Source: Desulfotalea psychrophila LSv54 (GTDB lineage: Bacteria; Desulfobacterota; Desulfobulbia; Desulfobulbales; Desulfocapsaceae). Taken from it: a DNA stretch of 32,000 nt. The notes beneath the pieces were generated by a model. It was not told where the DNA came from. It saw nothing but the letters and a program-made list of their open reading frames with translations, and searched no databases. The position numbers and the translations under genes are program-made. This document shows, piece after piece, positions 15,180 through 23,807 of this stretch. Position 1 is the first letter of the stretch, and each line of letters opens with the position of its first letter. Location: the NCBI RefSeq assembly GCF_000025945.1, contig NC_006138.1, positions 360,001 through 392,000 on the forward strand. The letters run 5' to 3'.

Positions 15180-15578
15180 ATGATTGAAAAAAAACTCGTC
15201 AGAGCCCGTGACGTAATGCGCAAACAGGTCCCCACCATCGATGGCATGGCCACCGCCCGCGATGCTGCCAATATGATGAAAGAGCATCAGGTCTCCTCAT
15301 TGATCGTCAATAAAAGGGACGAAAACGATGCCTACGGTCTTATCAGCATCCAGGACCTTATCACCGAGGTTATGATCCCGGCCCGGGAGGCAGATATGGT
15401 AAATGTCTATGAACTTATGACAAAACCAATCATTTCAGTCTCTGCTGATATGGACATCCGCTATGTAATCCGTCTGCTACACAGGGTAAATATGCGCCGC
15501 GCCCCCGTGGAAGAGAATGGTCACCTGGTTGGCATGGTCACCCTCACCTCACTGGTTCTCGACCACGATCTTTTTTAA
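15180..15578 (+). CDS. CBS-domain pair protein
   Basis: 132 aa with two CBS repeats (VRARDVMRKQVPTIDGMATARDAANMMKEHQVSSLIV... and VYELMTKPIISVSADMDIRYVIRLLHRVNMRRAPVEENGHLVGMVT). Confidence 0.85.
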   Translation: MIEKKLVRARDVMRKQVPTIDGMATARDAANMMKEHQVSSLIVNKRDENDAYGLISIQDLITEVMIPAREADMVNVYELMTKPIISVSADMDIRYVIRLLHRVNMRRAPVEENGHLVGMVTLTSLVLDHDLF

Positions 15579-15608
15579 CTGAAAAAAAACTACCTCCCTG
15601 AAACAGGC

Positions 15609-16214
15609 CTAATAGCTGGGTGCGCCCGCAAGCAACATCTCAGCAATAGTTTTCTTTACCTTGGGCAGAGAGGCCCGTTTATAGAGACAGAGCTCATTTT
15701 CAAGCTGAAGTAGCTGACTCAGATGAGGGGTGCGCTCAACATGGGGAGCACTCTCCGTTCCGGCAAAGCGTGAGGTCACAATCTCCTGGCAACGGAAACA
15801 ACCGAGAAAATGACGTATCTGCCCGTTGGGAAAGCGCATAACAGCAGGGACTCCATGGGTGCGGCAAACAAGCAAGCGGTGCTTATAAAGAACACAGAGC
15901 CCCTCCCGGTTAAGAGGACACATCAGCTGCGGACGCTCCTGACGCGCCTCTGCCATCTGGCAGCCAGCGACATAGTCCCGACAACGCCCCAGGATATCGG
16001 CCTGCGCCCCCGCTTCCAGCTCAGAGAACCCCTGCCAGAGATATGCCCACTCCACATAGGTATGGTGGAGAAAATAAGAGTCACAGCAATTATCAGCACA
16101 ACCATCACAGCTAAATCCTAACTCAGCCGCCACCAGGGAATAGGCATCTGCCATCTCTGCATAAGTCGCCTCCATACGAGCCATCTGCTCTGAAGAGAGA
16201 AGCAATTCAGTCAT
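15609..16214 (-). CDS. YkgJ/UPF0153-type cysteine-cluster protein (CxxCxxCC)
   Basis: FSCDGCADNCCDSYFLHHTYVEW plus further Cys pairs (CPLNREGLCVLY, CRTHG, CFRC). GGAGA RBS upstream of ATG 16214. Confidence 0.7.
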   Translation of the reverse strand: MTELLLSSEQMARMEATYAEMADAYSLVAAELGFSCDGCADNCCDSYFLHHTYVEWAYLWQGFSELEAGAQADILGRCRDYVAGCQMAEARQERPQLMCPLNREGLCVLYKHRLLVCRTHGVPAVMRFPNGQIRHFLGCFRCQEIVTSRFAGTESAPHVERTPHLSQLLQLENELCLYKRASLPKVKKTIAEMLLAGAPSY

Positions 16215-16528
16215 AAAAATCTCCTAGTAAATCATTAGAAAAAACGGGAAAAAGGCGCAAGCCTTCCTCTCACGGACACCCTCAAACAGCAGTGACCAGA
16301 GTACCATATTCCCACAAAGACCAACATTTTTAATGAATGCCAGCCCTTGCCAAAATATATTCACAGAAAGCAGGGTCTTACAGAATAAGGTCAATTCCTC
16401 AAAGCAGGCCCAAACAGAGGGCAGGCAGGGTTACGGGGGGAAGTTAGGCTGAGAGAAAGGGGGCGGTGAACAGGAGAGCAGAGGCATAGCTGGACAGACG
16501 AGGCAACTGCCCGCCCAGCTTTGAGCCA

Positions 16529-18400
16529 CTAGAGGTGCTGAGGAATATCCCGTGGATCGGTCATCTTTTCAGGCGAGAGCATATCATCCAGCTCCTTCTT
16601 GGTAAGCAGACCCTTCTCCAGGACAAGATTATAAACGCTGCCACCTGTCTTCAGGGCCTCCTTGGCAATGGCAGCAGACGGCTCATAACCGATAACCGGG
16701 ACCAAAGCGGTAACAAGACCAATGCTATTTTCCACATAGGAACGACAGACGTCACGATTCGCCTCAATACCGACGATGCAACGAGAGGCCAAGGTGACGC
16801 AGGCATTTTTAAGAATCATCATACCGTGGAGCAGGTCGTAGGCAATAATTGGCTCCGCCATACAGAGCTCCAACTCACTGGACTCGGCGGCCATGGAAAC
16901 CACAGTATCGTAGCCAATAACCTGATAGCAGATCTGATTGACCACCTCAGGAATAACAGGATTAACCTTGCCCGGCATGATGGAAGAGCCTGGCTGCATG
17001 GGTGGCAGGTTTATCTCATTGAGACCACAACGGGGCCCGGAGGAGAGCCAGCGCAGATCATTACATATCTTTGAAATTTGCACCGCAGCCCGTTTCATGG
17101 TCGCAGACATCTGGACAAAGGTACCCGCATTTTGGGTGGCCTCAACAAGATTTCCTGCTCTTTTCAGGGGAAAGCCACTCACCTCAACAAGCTTTTCAGT
17201 TACCAGATCGGCATAGCCTAGAGGACAGTTAATGCCGGTGCCAATGGCAGTAGCCCCCATATTAATATGCATAAACTCTTCGGATGCACCCTCTATGGCA
17301 CGCATGGCACTTCCCACCATTACAGCATAGGCACTAAATTCCTGGCCAAGAGTCATGGGCACCGCATCCTGATTTTCCGTTCGTCCCATCTTCAAAACAT
17401 CCTTAAACTCAACGGATTTTTGCAGAAGGGCATTTTTCAGATCCTCCATCCCTCGGGCCAGGTTACGATGCGAGAGCAGTACGGCAAGTTTGACCGCCGT
17501 GGGATAGGTATCGTTGGTCGACTGAGAACAGTTGGCATGATCGTTGGGATGCAGGTACTGATACTCTCCCTTCTCATGCCCCATAAGCTCCAGACCACGG
17601 TTGGTTATGACCTCGTTGGCATTCATATTGGTGGAGGTGCCCGCCCCGCCCTGGAACATATCCACTGCAAAATGCTCATGCAATTTACCCTCTAAGAGCT
17701 CAACACAAGCTCCACAGAGAGCCTCCATCTTCTCCCCATCCATCACCCCAAGCTCAAAGTTAGCGCGAGCAGCAGCAATCTTAATAAAGGCAAATCCTTC
17801 GATGAGATGACTAAAATTACTTACCGGCACCCCGGAGATCGGAAAATTCTCTATAGCTCTCTGAGTTTGCACCCCATAATAGGCATCACCGGGAATCTCC
17901 CTATGTCCCAGGGAATCATGTTCCAGGCGAAAACCGCTCATCGTCCGTCTTTTACAGGTTTCACCATAAAGCTGCTCGGAAAGTGTGCGCATACGCCTAT
18001 TGATGGCCACCGCGACCCGGGAAACCAATCGATAAAATATCTCCGGTTGCTCCTTTCTGAAAACATCAATCTTTTCCCGGGAAACCTGCCAGACCACCGC
18101 CCCTAAACGGGTATAACCTCCATTGGCATGGGAATCCTGATCAATAAAGACACCCTCGGATATCAATCCTCCCGCAGAAACGGTACCAACACGGTGAGAG
18201 CTACCATGCAGGCCACGAACAAGCTGAATCTCTCCGGCAAGAATAATTCCTGCCCAGTTTCTAGGAGTTGATTCCTGAAAGAGCCAATCACCGGCTGCAT
18301 ACTCTATACGCTCACCCTGAGCAAAAAATGTCTGTAAATCTACCTCTTCAATTCCCGCCGTCAGCGCTGCCTGCTTAAGAGTATTTTCATCTAACTTCAT
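16529..18400 (-). CDS. aspA: Aspartate ammonia-lyase fused to an N-terminal cyclic-nucleotide-binding-like domain
   Basis: The core is near-collinear with E. coli AspA (DSLGHREIPGDAYYGVQTQRAIENF, MGHEKGEYQYLHPNDHANCSQSTNDTYPTA, GSSIMPGKVNPVIPEVVNQ). The first ~155 residues form a cNMP-binding-like beta-barrel (IEYAAGDWLFQESTPRNWAGIILAGEIQLVRG...GGLISEGVF). I set the start at ATG 18400 (MKLDENT) because the track TTG at 18412 lies inside the GGAGGA RBS (18405-18410). Confidence 0.9.
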   Translation of the reverse strand: MKLDENTLKQAALTAGIEEVDLQTFFAQGERIEYAAGDWLFQESTPRNWAGIILAGEIQLVRGLHGSSHRVGTVSAGGLISEGVFIDQDSHANGGYTRLGAVVWQVSREKIDVFRKEQPEIFYRLVSRVAVAINRRMRTLSEQLYGETCKRRTMSGFRLEHDSLGHREIPGDAYYGVQTQRAIENFPISGVPVSNFSHLIEGFAFIKIAAARANFELGVMDGEKMEALCGACVELLEGKLHEHFAVDMFQGGAGTSTNMNANEVITNRGLELMGHEKGEYQYLHPNDHANCSQSTNDTYPTAVKLAVLLSHRNLARGMEDLKNALLQKSVEFKDVLKMGRTENQDAVPMTLGQEFSAYAVMVGSAMRAIEGASEEFMHINMGATAIGTGINCPLGYADLVTEKLVEVSGFPLKRAGNLVEATQNAGTFVQMSATMKRAAVQISKICNDLRWLSSGPRCGLNEINLPPMQPGSSIMPGKVNPVIPEVVNQICYQVIGYDTVVSMAAESSELELCMAEPIIAYDLLHGMMILKNACVTLASRCIVGIEANRDVCRSYVENSIGLVTALVPVIGYEPSAAIAKEALKTGGSVYNLVLEKGLLTKKELDDMLSPEKMTDPRDIPQHL

Positions 18401-18438
18401 AATATCCTCCAAAAAGTTGATTGATATGCGGCCCTATA

Positions 18439-19746
18439 TTAAAGAAACAGCCTGCCAAAAAGAGAGGCAAACACAACGGCAGAGGCAATTGTGACCAGGC
18501 CGGGTATTATAAAAGAGTGATTAAAAACATATTTACCAATCCGGGTGGTTCCTGTGTCATCAAACTCCACGGCGGCAATAAGGGTTGGATAGGTTGGCAG
18601 AACAAAAAGAGCACTGACCGCAGCAAAAGAGGCAATCGCGGTCAGCGGGCTCACCCCCAGAGTAAGAGCTACGGGCATCAGGGCCCTGGTTGTCGCCGCC
18701 TGCGAGTAGAGCAGGGTAGATGCCACAAAGAGCACTACAGAGAGAAGCCATGGGTAAGATCGTAGTAAATTGCCCGCAGTCATATGAATCTCTTCCATAT
18801 GAGCTGCAACAAAGGTCGTGCCAAGCCAGGCCACCCCAAGTACACAGACACAGGCACTCATTCCCGACTTAAAGGTCGAAACGTTAAGAATATTTTTTGC
18901 CTCTATCTTGCAAAAAAAGGTGATAAAAGAGGCCGCCGTTAGCATAAAGGCAATAATGGCATTGTTTACCGGTAAGACAGGCTGAGCAACCAGGCCAACC
19001 GTAGGACTGATGCCAATAGCATAGGCAACGACACAGAAAATAGTTATGGCAAAGATAAGAACAGAACGTTTTGCCGCATGCGAACTCTCTCTGGCAGCCT
19101 CTTCCTCCGTTACCTGACTTACCTGACCCTTACGAAGACGCTCCTGATATATGGGATCATCGGCCAGCTCCTTACCCAAAAAATTTGTGACGAAGGCACC
19201 GACCATAACGGCAAGAAAGGTACTGGGAATACAGATAAGAAGAAGATGTATATAATCAACACCATGCTTACCCAGTTCAGCAGCAAAGAAAACCACGGCG
19301 GCTGAAATAGGCGAAGCTGTTACTGCTATCTGGGAGGCAACGGTGGCGATGGCAAGTGGCCTGGAGGGACGGACACCAGCCCGCTTAGCCACTTCAGCGA
19401 TAACCGGCAGGGTTGAAAAAGCAGTATGGCCCGTACCGGCAAACAGGGTCATGGTATAGGTAACAATGGGAGCAAGAAAGGTGATATATTTGGGATTCGC
19501 TCGCAAAACCCTCTCGGCAATAGAGACAAGATAATCAAGACCACCAGCCTCCTGCATAGCCGCAATGGCAGCAATAACGGCCATGATAATCATAATCACA
19601 TCTATGGGCATATCCCCTGGAGGAATCTGAAAGACAAGGGCAAGTACCAAAACACCAAAGCCACCGGCAAAGCCAATACCTATGCTACCCATCCTTGCTC
19701 CAAACCAGATAAACAGCAGTACAACAGCGAGTTCTATAGCCCACAT
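18439..19746 (-). CDS. dcuA: Anaerobic C4-dicarboxylate transporter, DcuA/DcuB family
   Basis: Strong end-to-end resemblance to E. coli DcuA (GARMGSIGIGFAGGFGVLVLA, NPKYITFLAPIVTY, LPVIAEVAK, ASPISAAVV, YSQAATT, LPTYPTLIAAVEFDDTGTTRIGKYVFNH). GGAG RBS. Confidence 0.9.
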   Translation of the reverse strand: MWAIELAVVLLFIWFGARMGSIGIGFAGGFGVLVLALVFQIPPGDMPIDVIMIIMAVIAAIAAMQEAGGLDYLVSIAERVLRANPKYITFLAPIVTYTMTLFAGTGHTAFSTLPVIAEVAKRAGVRPSRPLAIATVASQIAVTASPISAAVVFFAAELGKHGVDYIHLLLICIPSTFLAVMVGAFVTNFLGKELADDPIYQERLRKGQVSQVTEEEAARESSHAAKRSVLIFAITIFCVVAYAIGISPTVGLVAQPVLPVNNAIIAFMLTAASFITFFCKIEAKNILNVSTFKSGMSACVCVLGVAWLGTTFVAAHMEEIHMTAGNLLRSYPWLLSVVLFVASTLLYSQAATTRALMPVALTLGVSPLTAIASFAAVSALFVLPTYPTLIAAVEFDDTGTTRIGKYVFNHSFIIPGLVTIASAVVFASLFGRLFL

Positions 19747-19785
19747 AATGTATCTCCAATAGGATTCTGTTTTATGGTAAAGAAA

Positions 19786-20277
19786 CTAGGGAATTGTATA
19801 CTCTCCGCCTAAATTCGTGGTATGCCCTGTTAACACGGTTCTTCCCTCTTCCCTGCCAAAAGAGAGAGCGGACCAGGTAAAGGCCACTGTTCCGGTTATG
19901 CCTGCATACTTCCCTGCACCACCGACAATATTACCTGCTACCTCAACCCCCTCCTGCAGACTCTGTCCACGCAGCTGTAAAATAATGCTGCCGCCATCGA
20001 GATCCTGCCAGAGACAACGAGCCTCAATATCCTCAGGAGAGGTACCGATCCCAACACATTGGGACCAGAAATCAAGTTCTCCCGCAATACCCTGAGTCAT
20101 ACTGACATGGCCTGAAAGGTCAAACTGATACAACTTAATAGGCGCAGAGACAAATATTTGTTGATAACCATTGGCAAGCCAGGCACCGGAAATGGTGGCA
20201 CTTTCCCCGGCAACTGCCCCCACCGGAATAATGCAAAAAAGAGTTAACAACAAACGAAGAAAGCTTTTTCTAAACAT
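19786..20277 (-). CDS. Secreted hypothetical protein (signal peptide; possible beta-barrel)
   Basis: MFRKSFLRLLLTLFCIIPVGAVAGE signal peptide, then a Gly/Thr-rich, beta-strand-like sequence (GGAGKYAGITGTVAFTW). Same strand as dcuA and 40 nt upstream of it. The track start at 20304 is an alternative. Confidence 0.55.
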   Translation of the reverse strand: MFRKSFLRLLLTLFCIIPVGAVAGESATISGAWLANGYQQIFVSAPIKLYQFDLSGHVSMTQGIAGELDFWSQCVGIGTSPEDIEARCLWQDLDGGSIILQLRGQSLQEGVEVAGNIVGGAGKYAGITGTVAFTWSALSFGREEGRTVLTGHTTNLGGEYTIP

Positions 20278-20432
20278 GCTCCACCCCATAACGTTGACAA
20301 ACATTTAATAAATTATAAGAGAATACTGGCGGAATAGCGTTTATACTAAATGCCCGAATAAACCTAACAAACTAAGAAAATGATATCGCAAGAGAGGGGT
20401 AATAGCAACAAGAAGATTTTTTTTAAGAAATC

Positions 20433-20460
20433 AATCGGAGTAAGATTTTCTACTCCGATT
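20433..20460 (-). terminator. 10-bp hairpin downstream of the EBP gene; weak terminator candidate
   Basis: aatcggagta-agattttc-tactccgatt. In minus sense it is followed by gatttctt and then an A-run, so the U-tract is poor. Confidence 0.35.
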
Positions 20461-20486
20461 AAGAGGATATGAAAGAAAGGGGAGAA

Positions 20487-22211
20487 CTACTCTTCGCAGG
20501 AATGAGCACTTGTAATATTGTACCGTTGCGCCTTGCGAACCACGGTAGACTGGCTCACCCCGAGGACCTTTGCCGCCTTATAGGTACTCTTACACTCCAA
20601 GAGGGCATTACCTATCAGGCGAATCTCTAAATCCTCCACGGCATCCTTCAGAGATTGGCGAGGAAGCGGATGAACAGACTCCTTATTAGAGGCAATACAG
20701 AGACAACCTGGTACATCGGTGATTTTAATAAGATCTGAATCACTCATGGCGGCAAGCAGTTGAATCGTTGCCCGCAACTCCCGAACATTGCCCGGCCAGG
20801 GATGTGCCACCAGGGCATCCAGTACCTCGGGAGCCATGCTCTTGTAGAGACCATATTTTTTATTAGCACGACCAAGAAAATGCGCCACCAGCAGAGGAAT
20901 ATCTTCGACTCGCTCTCGCAAGGGTGGAATATTAACCACAATAACCCGCAGGCGATAGTAAAGATCTTCACGAAACCGTCCTGCTTCAATCAAATTTTCA
21001 AGAGATTGATTGGTCGCAGCAACGATTCGGACATTGGGCATATGCAACTTTGTCCCGCCCAAACGACGGTAGCCTGAGCCATCAAGCACATGAAGAATTT
21101 TTACCTGCATATGCAGTGGCAATTCACCGATCTCATCAAGAAAAAGAATTCCGCCATCGGCAAGCTCAAACATGCCCGGCTTTCCCTTCTCCGATGCACC
21201 GGAAAACGCCCCGGATTCATAACCGAAAAGCTCCGCCTCAAGAAGATCCGCCGGAATAGCACCACAGTTCAGGGTCACAAATGGTTTATCGCGACGCACA
21301 CTTCGACTATGGATATTCGTCGCAGTCATTGTCTTGCCGGTACCTGTCTCACCGAGAAGCAGAACAGGGGCATCTACATTGGCCGATTTCTGTACATCTT
21401 TTTCCAACTGACGGGTTGCAAGACTGGTCCCCAGATATTCGCCCGGAGTTTCAAGGGAACGTAGACGGTCACGGTAGAGTTTAGCCTCCATCTCGGCCTT
21501 ATTCAGCTTTCTTTCCAGATCTTCCAGTTCACTGATATCACGAATACAGGCAATAACACGCCAGACACGTCCATCGTCATCAAAAATGGGGGTACTTGTA
21601 TTTAAGCACCTTATACCATTTGAATAATCATCAAATCTAGTCTGGGGTTTCTTAGTCTCTAAGGCCTTAAGGGTAATACAGGTGGTGGTAAGTCCCATTT
21701 CCACCGCAGCCGTTACATGCTTACCAATAACATCTTCGGCCCGGACTCCGGCAATACGCTCCATTGCCTTGTTCACTCGCAATGTAATTCCATCACCATC
21801 AATAACCCAAACACCGTCGTGCATAGATTCAAAAAGGATATCAAGCTCTTGAAATTCAATAATGGCATCCTGACCCAGATGCTGCATTGGCATCGAATAG
21901 GCAAAGACACTTCTGGTTTTTGTGGCTACATCCAACCAAAACCAGGTGAGAGCAAAAACCTGATCCTCATGATAATAGGGGACCAGAAATCCCTCTGAAG
22001 CCTCAACCAAACTCCCTGCAACAGCAAAGAGATCAAGTCGGGTACAACACTTTAAAAAAGACTGACCCTCCAGTCCGCCCTTATCATTTTTAAACGCCTC
22101 ACAGAAGTTATTGTTTGCCCGTTCAATAACCCACTGCGCCCCACGACAGGTACAAACCGCCACATGTTTCTCAAGGGATGAGAAGGTGGTCGCCCAATTA
22201 ATTGTTTCCAT
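20487..22211 (-). CDS. Sigma-54-dependent transcriptional activator (N-terminal sensory region with PAS, AAA+ domain, HTH)
   Basis: GETGTGKTMTATNIH, EAELFGYESGAFSGA (GAFTGA-type loop), ELRATIQ, and a C-terminal HTH YKAAKVLGVSQSTVVRKAQRY. A PAS segment (FESMHDGVWVIDGDGITLRVNKAMERIAG). Confidence 0.9.
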   Translation of the reverse strand: METINWATTFSSLEKHVAVCTCRGAQWVIERANNNFCEAFKNDKGGLEGQSFLKCCTRLDLFAVAGSLVEASEGFLVPYYHEDQVFALTWFWLDVATKTRSVFAYSMPMQHLGQDAIIEFQELDILFESMHDGVWVIDGDGITLRVNKAMERIAGVRAEDVIGKHVTAAVEMGLTTTCITLKALETKKPQTRFDDYSNGIRCLNTSTPIFDDDGRVWRVIACIRDISELEDLERKLNKAEMEAKLYRDRLRSLETPGEYLGTSLATRQLEKDVQKSANVDAPVLLLGETGTGKTMTATNIHSRSVRRDKPFVTLNCGAIPADLLEAELFGYESGAFSGASEKGKPGMFELADGGILFLDEIGELPLHMQVKILHVLDGSGYRRLGGTKLHMPNVRIVAATNQSLENLIEAGRFREDLYYRLRVIVVNIPPLRERVEDIPLLVAHFLGRANKKYGLYKSMAPEVLDALVAHPWPGNVRELRATIQLLAAMSDSDLIKITDVPGCLCIASNKESVHPLPRQSLKDAVEDLEIRLIGNALLECKSTYKAAKVLGVSQSTVVRKAQRYNITSAHSCEE

Positions 22212-22607
22212 GTTACTTCCTTTGCAAAAGTTTACTAAGGCGATAAACTACTACGCACGAGCAGAAGAAACAATGCAAAAATGAATCACACCATAAGGCA
22301 AAAAAAAGCTCCACCATATTTGACAATCACCTACCCTATATCCTAACAACGGCAGACCAAAAGTGACGATAACAAACCACCACTCACTACTCCTGCCATG
22401 CCCTCACCTTCTTCATTACTACAAAAACTTGACATGAGAAAACATTTGGCTATTCCACCAAGCGTCAAGCAGAGAATAACCTCTAAAAAAACAAGAGCAC
22501 TCCCACCTATTCTGATCGACAGAAGTAATAGAGTTATCAACCTGTCACCAGGTTTTCATCAACATAAATAAGGACAGAACATAAACAGTCTTTTTCATAT
22601 ATTTTAA

Positions 22608-23320
22608 ATACTTGCCGACTGGATCACTTCCAACCTTCTCGGTCTGGAGCAGGGGTAGCAGCGCACCGAAAGTGTCCACTTTTTTATATACGATGTCAGC
22701 AAGATCCTAGTTCTGATCGTCATCATCATCTCTCTGGCAAGCCTTGCTAGAGCATCTCTTGATATGGACAGGGTGTGTGACTACATCCAGAGCAAGAACC
22801 GTTTTATCGCCTACCTTCTTGCTGCTTTTTTTTGGTTCTATAACTCCATTTTGCAGCTGCAACAGCATCCCTCTCTTTCTGGGTTTTACCGCTGCCCGCA
22901 TCCCCGTAGGTATCACAGTGGCCTTTCTCATCACCTCACCTATTATCAATGAGGTAGCCATTGTTCTGCTTGGGTCGGTACTTGGCATAAAATTTATGAT
23001 TGCCTACCTGATAGTGGCTATATCCGCAGGTGCAAGAGGAGGCTTTTTCTTTGACCTGATAAAGGCGGAACGATTTATCTCTCCCATGGTGGTGACTCCC
23101 GCCCCGGCTATGGCTGCCACAAGCTCTTGTAAGAGTAGCAGGAGCCCCCCAACAACTCCTGGCAGGGCCGACATCTGTTTGCCAAACGTGAGACAAAAAA
23201 AATTGTGCAGAAGGTTTGGAAATGGGTCATCTTCGGCATTACAGCTGCTGCTATTTTCCACGGATTTATCCCGCTTCTGGTCCTCTTCACTCTCACAGGC
23301 TGGATATTTAACGCCATTGC
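22608..23320 (+). pseudogene. COG0701/DUF318-type permease (CSC motif) pseudogene with no start, an in-frame TAG, a +1 shift in a T8 run, a further frame break and loss of the 3' part
   Basis: Frame 0 reads ILADWITSNLLGLEQG*QRTESVHFFIYDVSKILVLIVIIISLASLARASLDMDRVCDYIQSKNRFIAYLLAAFF. After the T8 run (22826-22833) the sequence continues in another frame as GSITPFCSCNSIPLFLGFTAARIPVGITVAFLITSPIINEVAIVLLG. It is back in frame 0 at about 23139 as ...KVWKWVIFGITAAAIFHGFIP, then family-like sequence ends. TAG at 22656-22658. Confidence 0.65.
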
Positions 23321-23807
23321 CCCCCTGCTATGGCTACGACGAAGGGAAAGGACCTGCCTTTCCCTTTGCCAGATATACATCCCCTATTTTCTCGAAGCTT
23401 TTTTTCCTTCAAGCATTAAACTTGGTGGGCCAACCACTTACAGGGAGAAGAAGAACGCTCTAGCTAACGGCCACATCATAGGCTTCATGAAAGCGCTCTT
23501 GCAGATAAGAGGCCATGGGACCTCTCAGCCCCATGCCTATCAAAGCAGTAGGCAGCAGCACCGACAAGACCGGCGGAAAGCAGAGCAACTTCCCCATAGA
23601 GAGAACGATATATCACAGCCCCCTCTGCCAAGACCTCATTTTTTTTGGACATGGTTATCCTTAAAAGAAACACCACATTTCAGAGTAAAATCGACAAGTC
23701 ATATAAATTTTGCCGACTTAAAACTTGCCTTCACAAGAACTTTTCATTGACATAGACTCCGTTTACCACAATGTTTTCGGGCGAACATAATTGACCAAGG
23801 AGTTCAC

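Noticed and set aside
16470-16528. Imperfect hairpin agctggacag...ctgcccgcccagct just downstream of aspA
   Set aside because: The stem is bulged and there is no U-tract in minus sense. Not a confident terminator.
16535-17695. Plus-strand ORFs of 179, 92 and 142 aa inside aspA, and ORFs at 18421-18765 and 19426-19812 inside dcuA
   Set aside because: They are antisense to genes with very strong homology-type evidence. These are compositional shadows.
22343-22540. 65-aa minus-strand ORF upstream of the second EBP
   Set aside because: TTG start, no RBS, and a hydrophobic low-complexity product in an AT-rich gap.
22538-22553. AACCTGtcacCAGGTT palindrome upstream of the permease pseudogene
   Set aside because: It is plausibly a relic operator, but the downstream gene is dead and no regulator gene is present. 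Not testable from the sequence.
23485-23676. 63-aa minus-strand ORF MSKKNEVLAEGAVIYRSLYGEVALLSAGLVGAAAYCF...
   Set aside because: It could be a small membrane protein or a remnant, but I recognise no family and it lies in the decayed 3' part of the permease locus. Left unannotated.
23747-23775. TTGACA-N17-AATGTT sigma-70-like promoter upstream of the DctP-like gene
   Set aside because: The -35 element is good but the -10 element is poor (3 of 6). Not enough to call.
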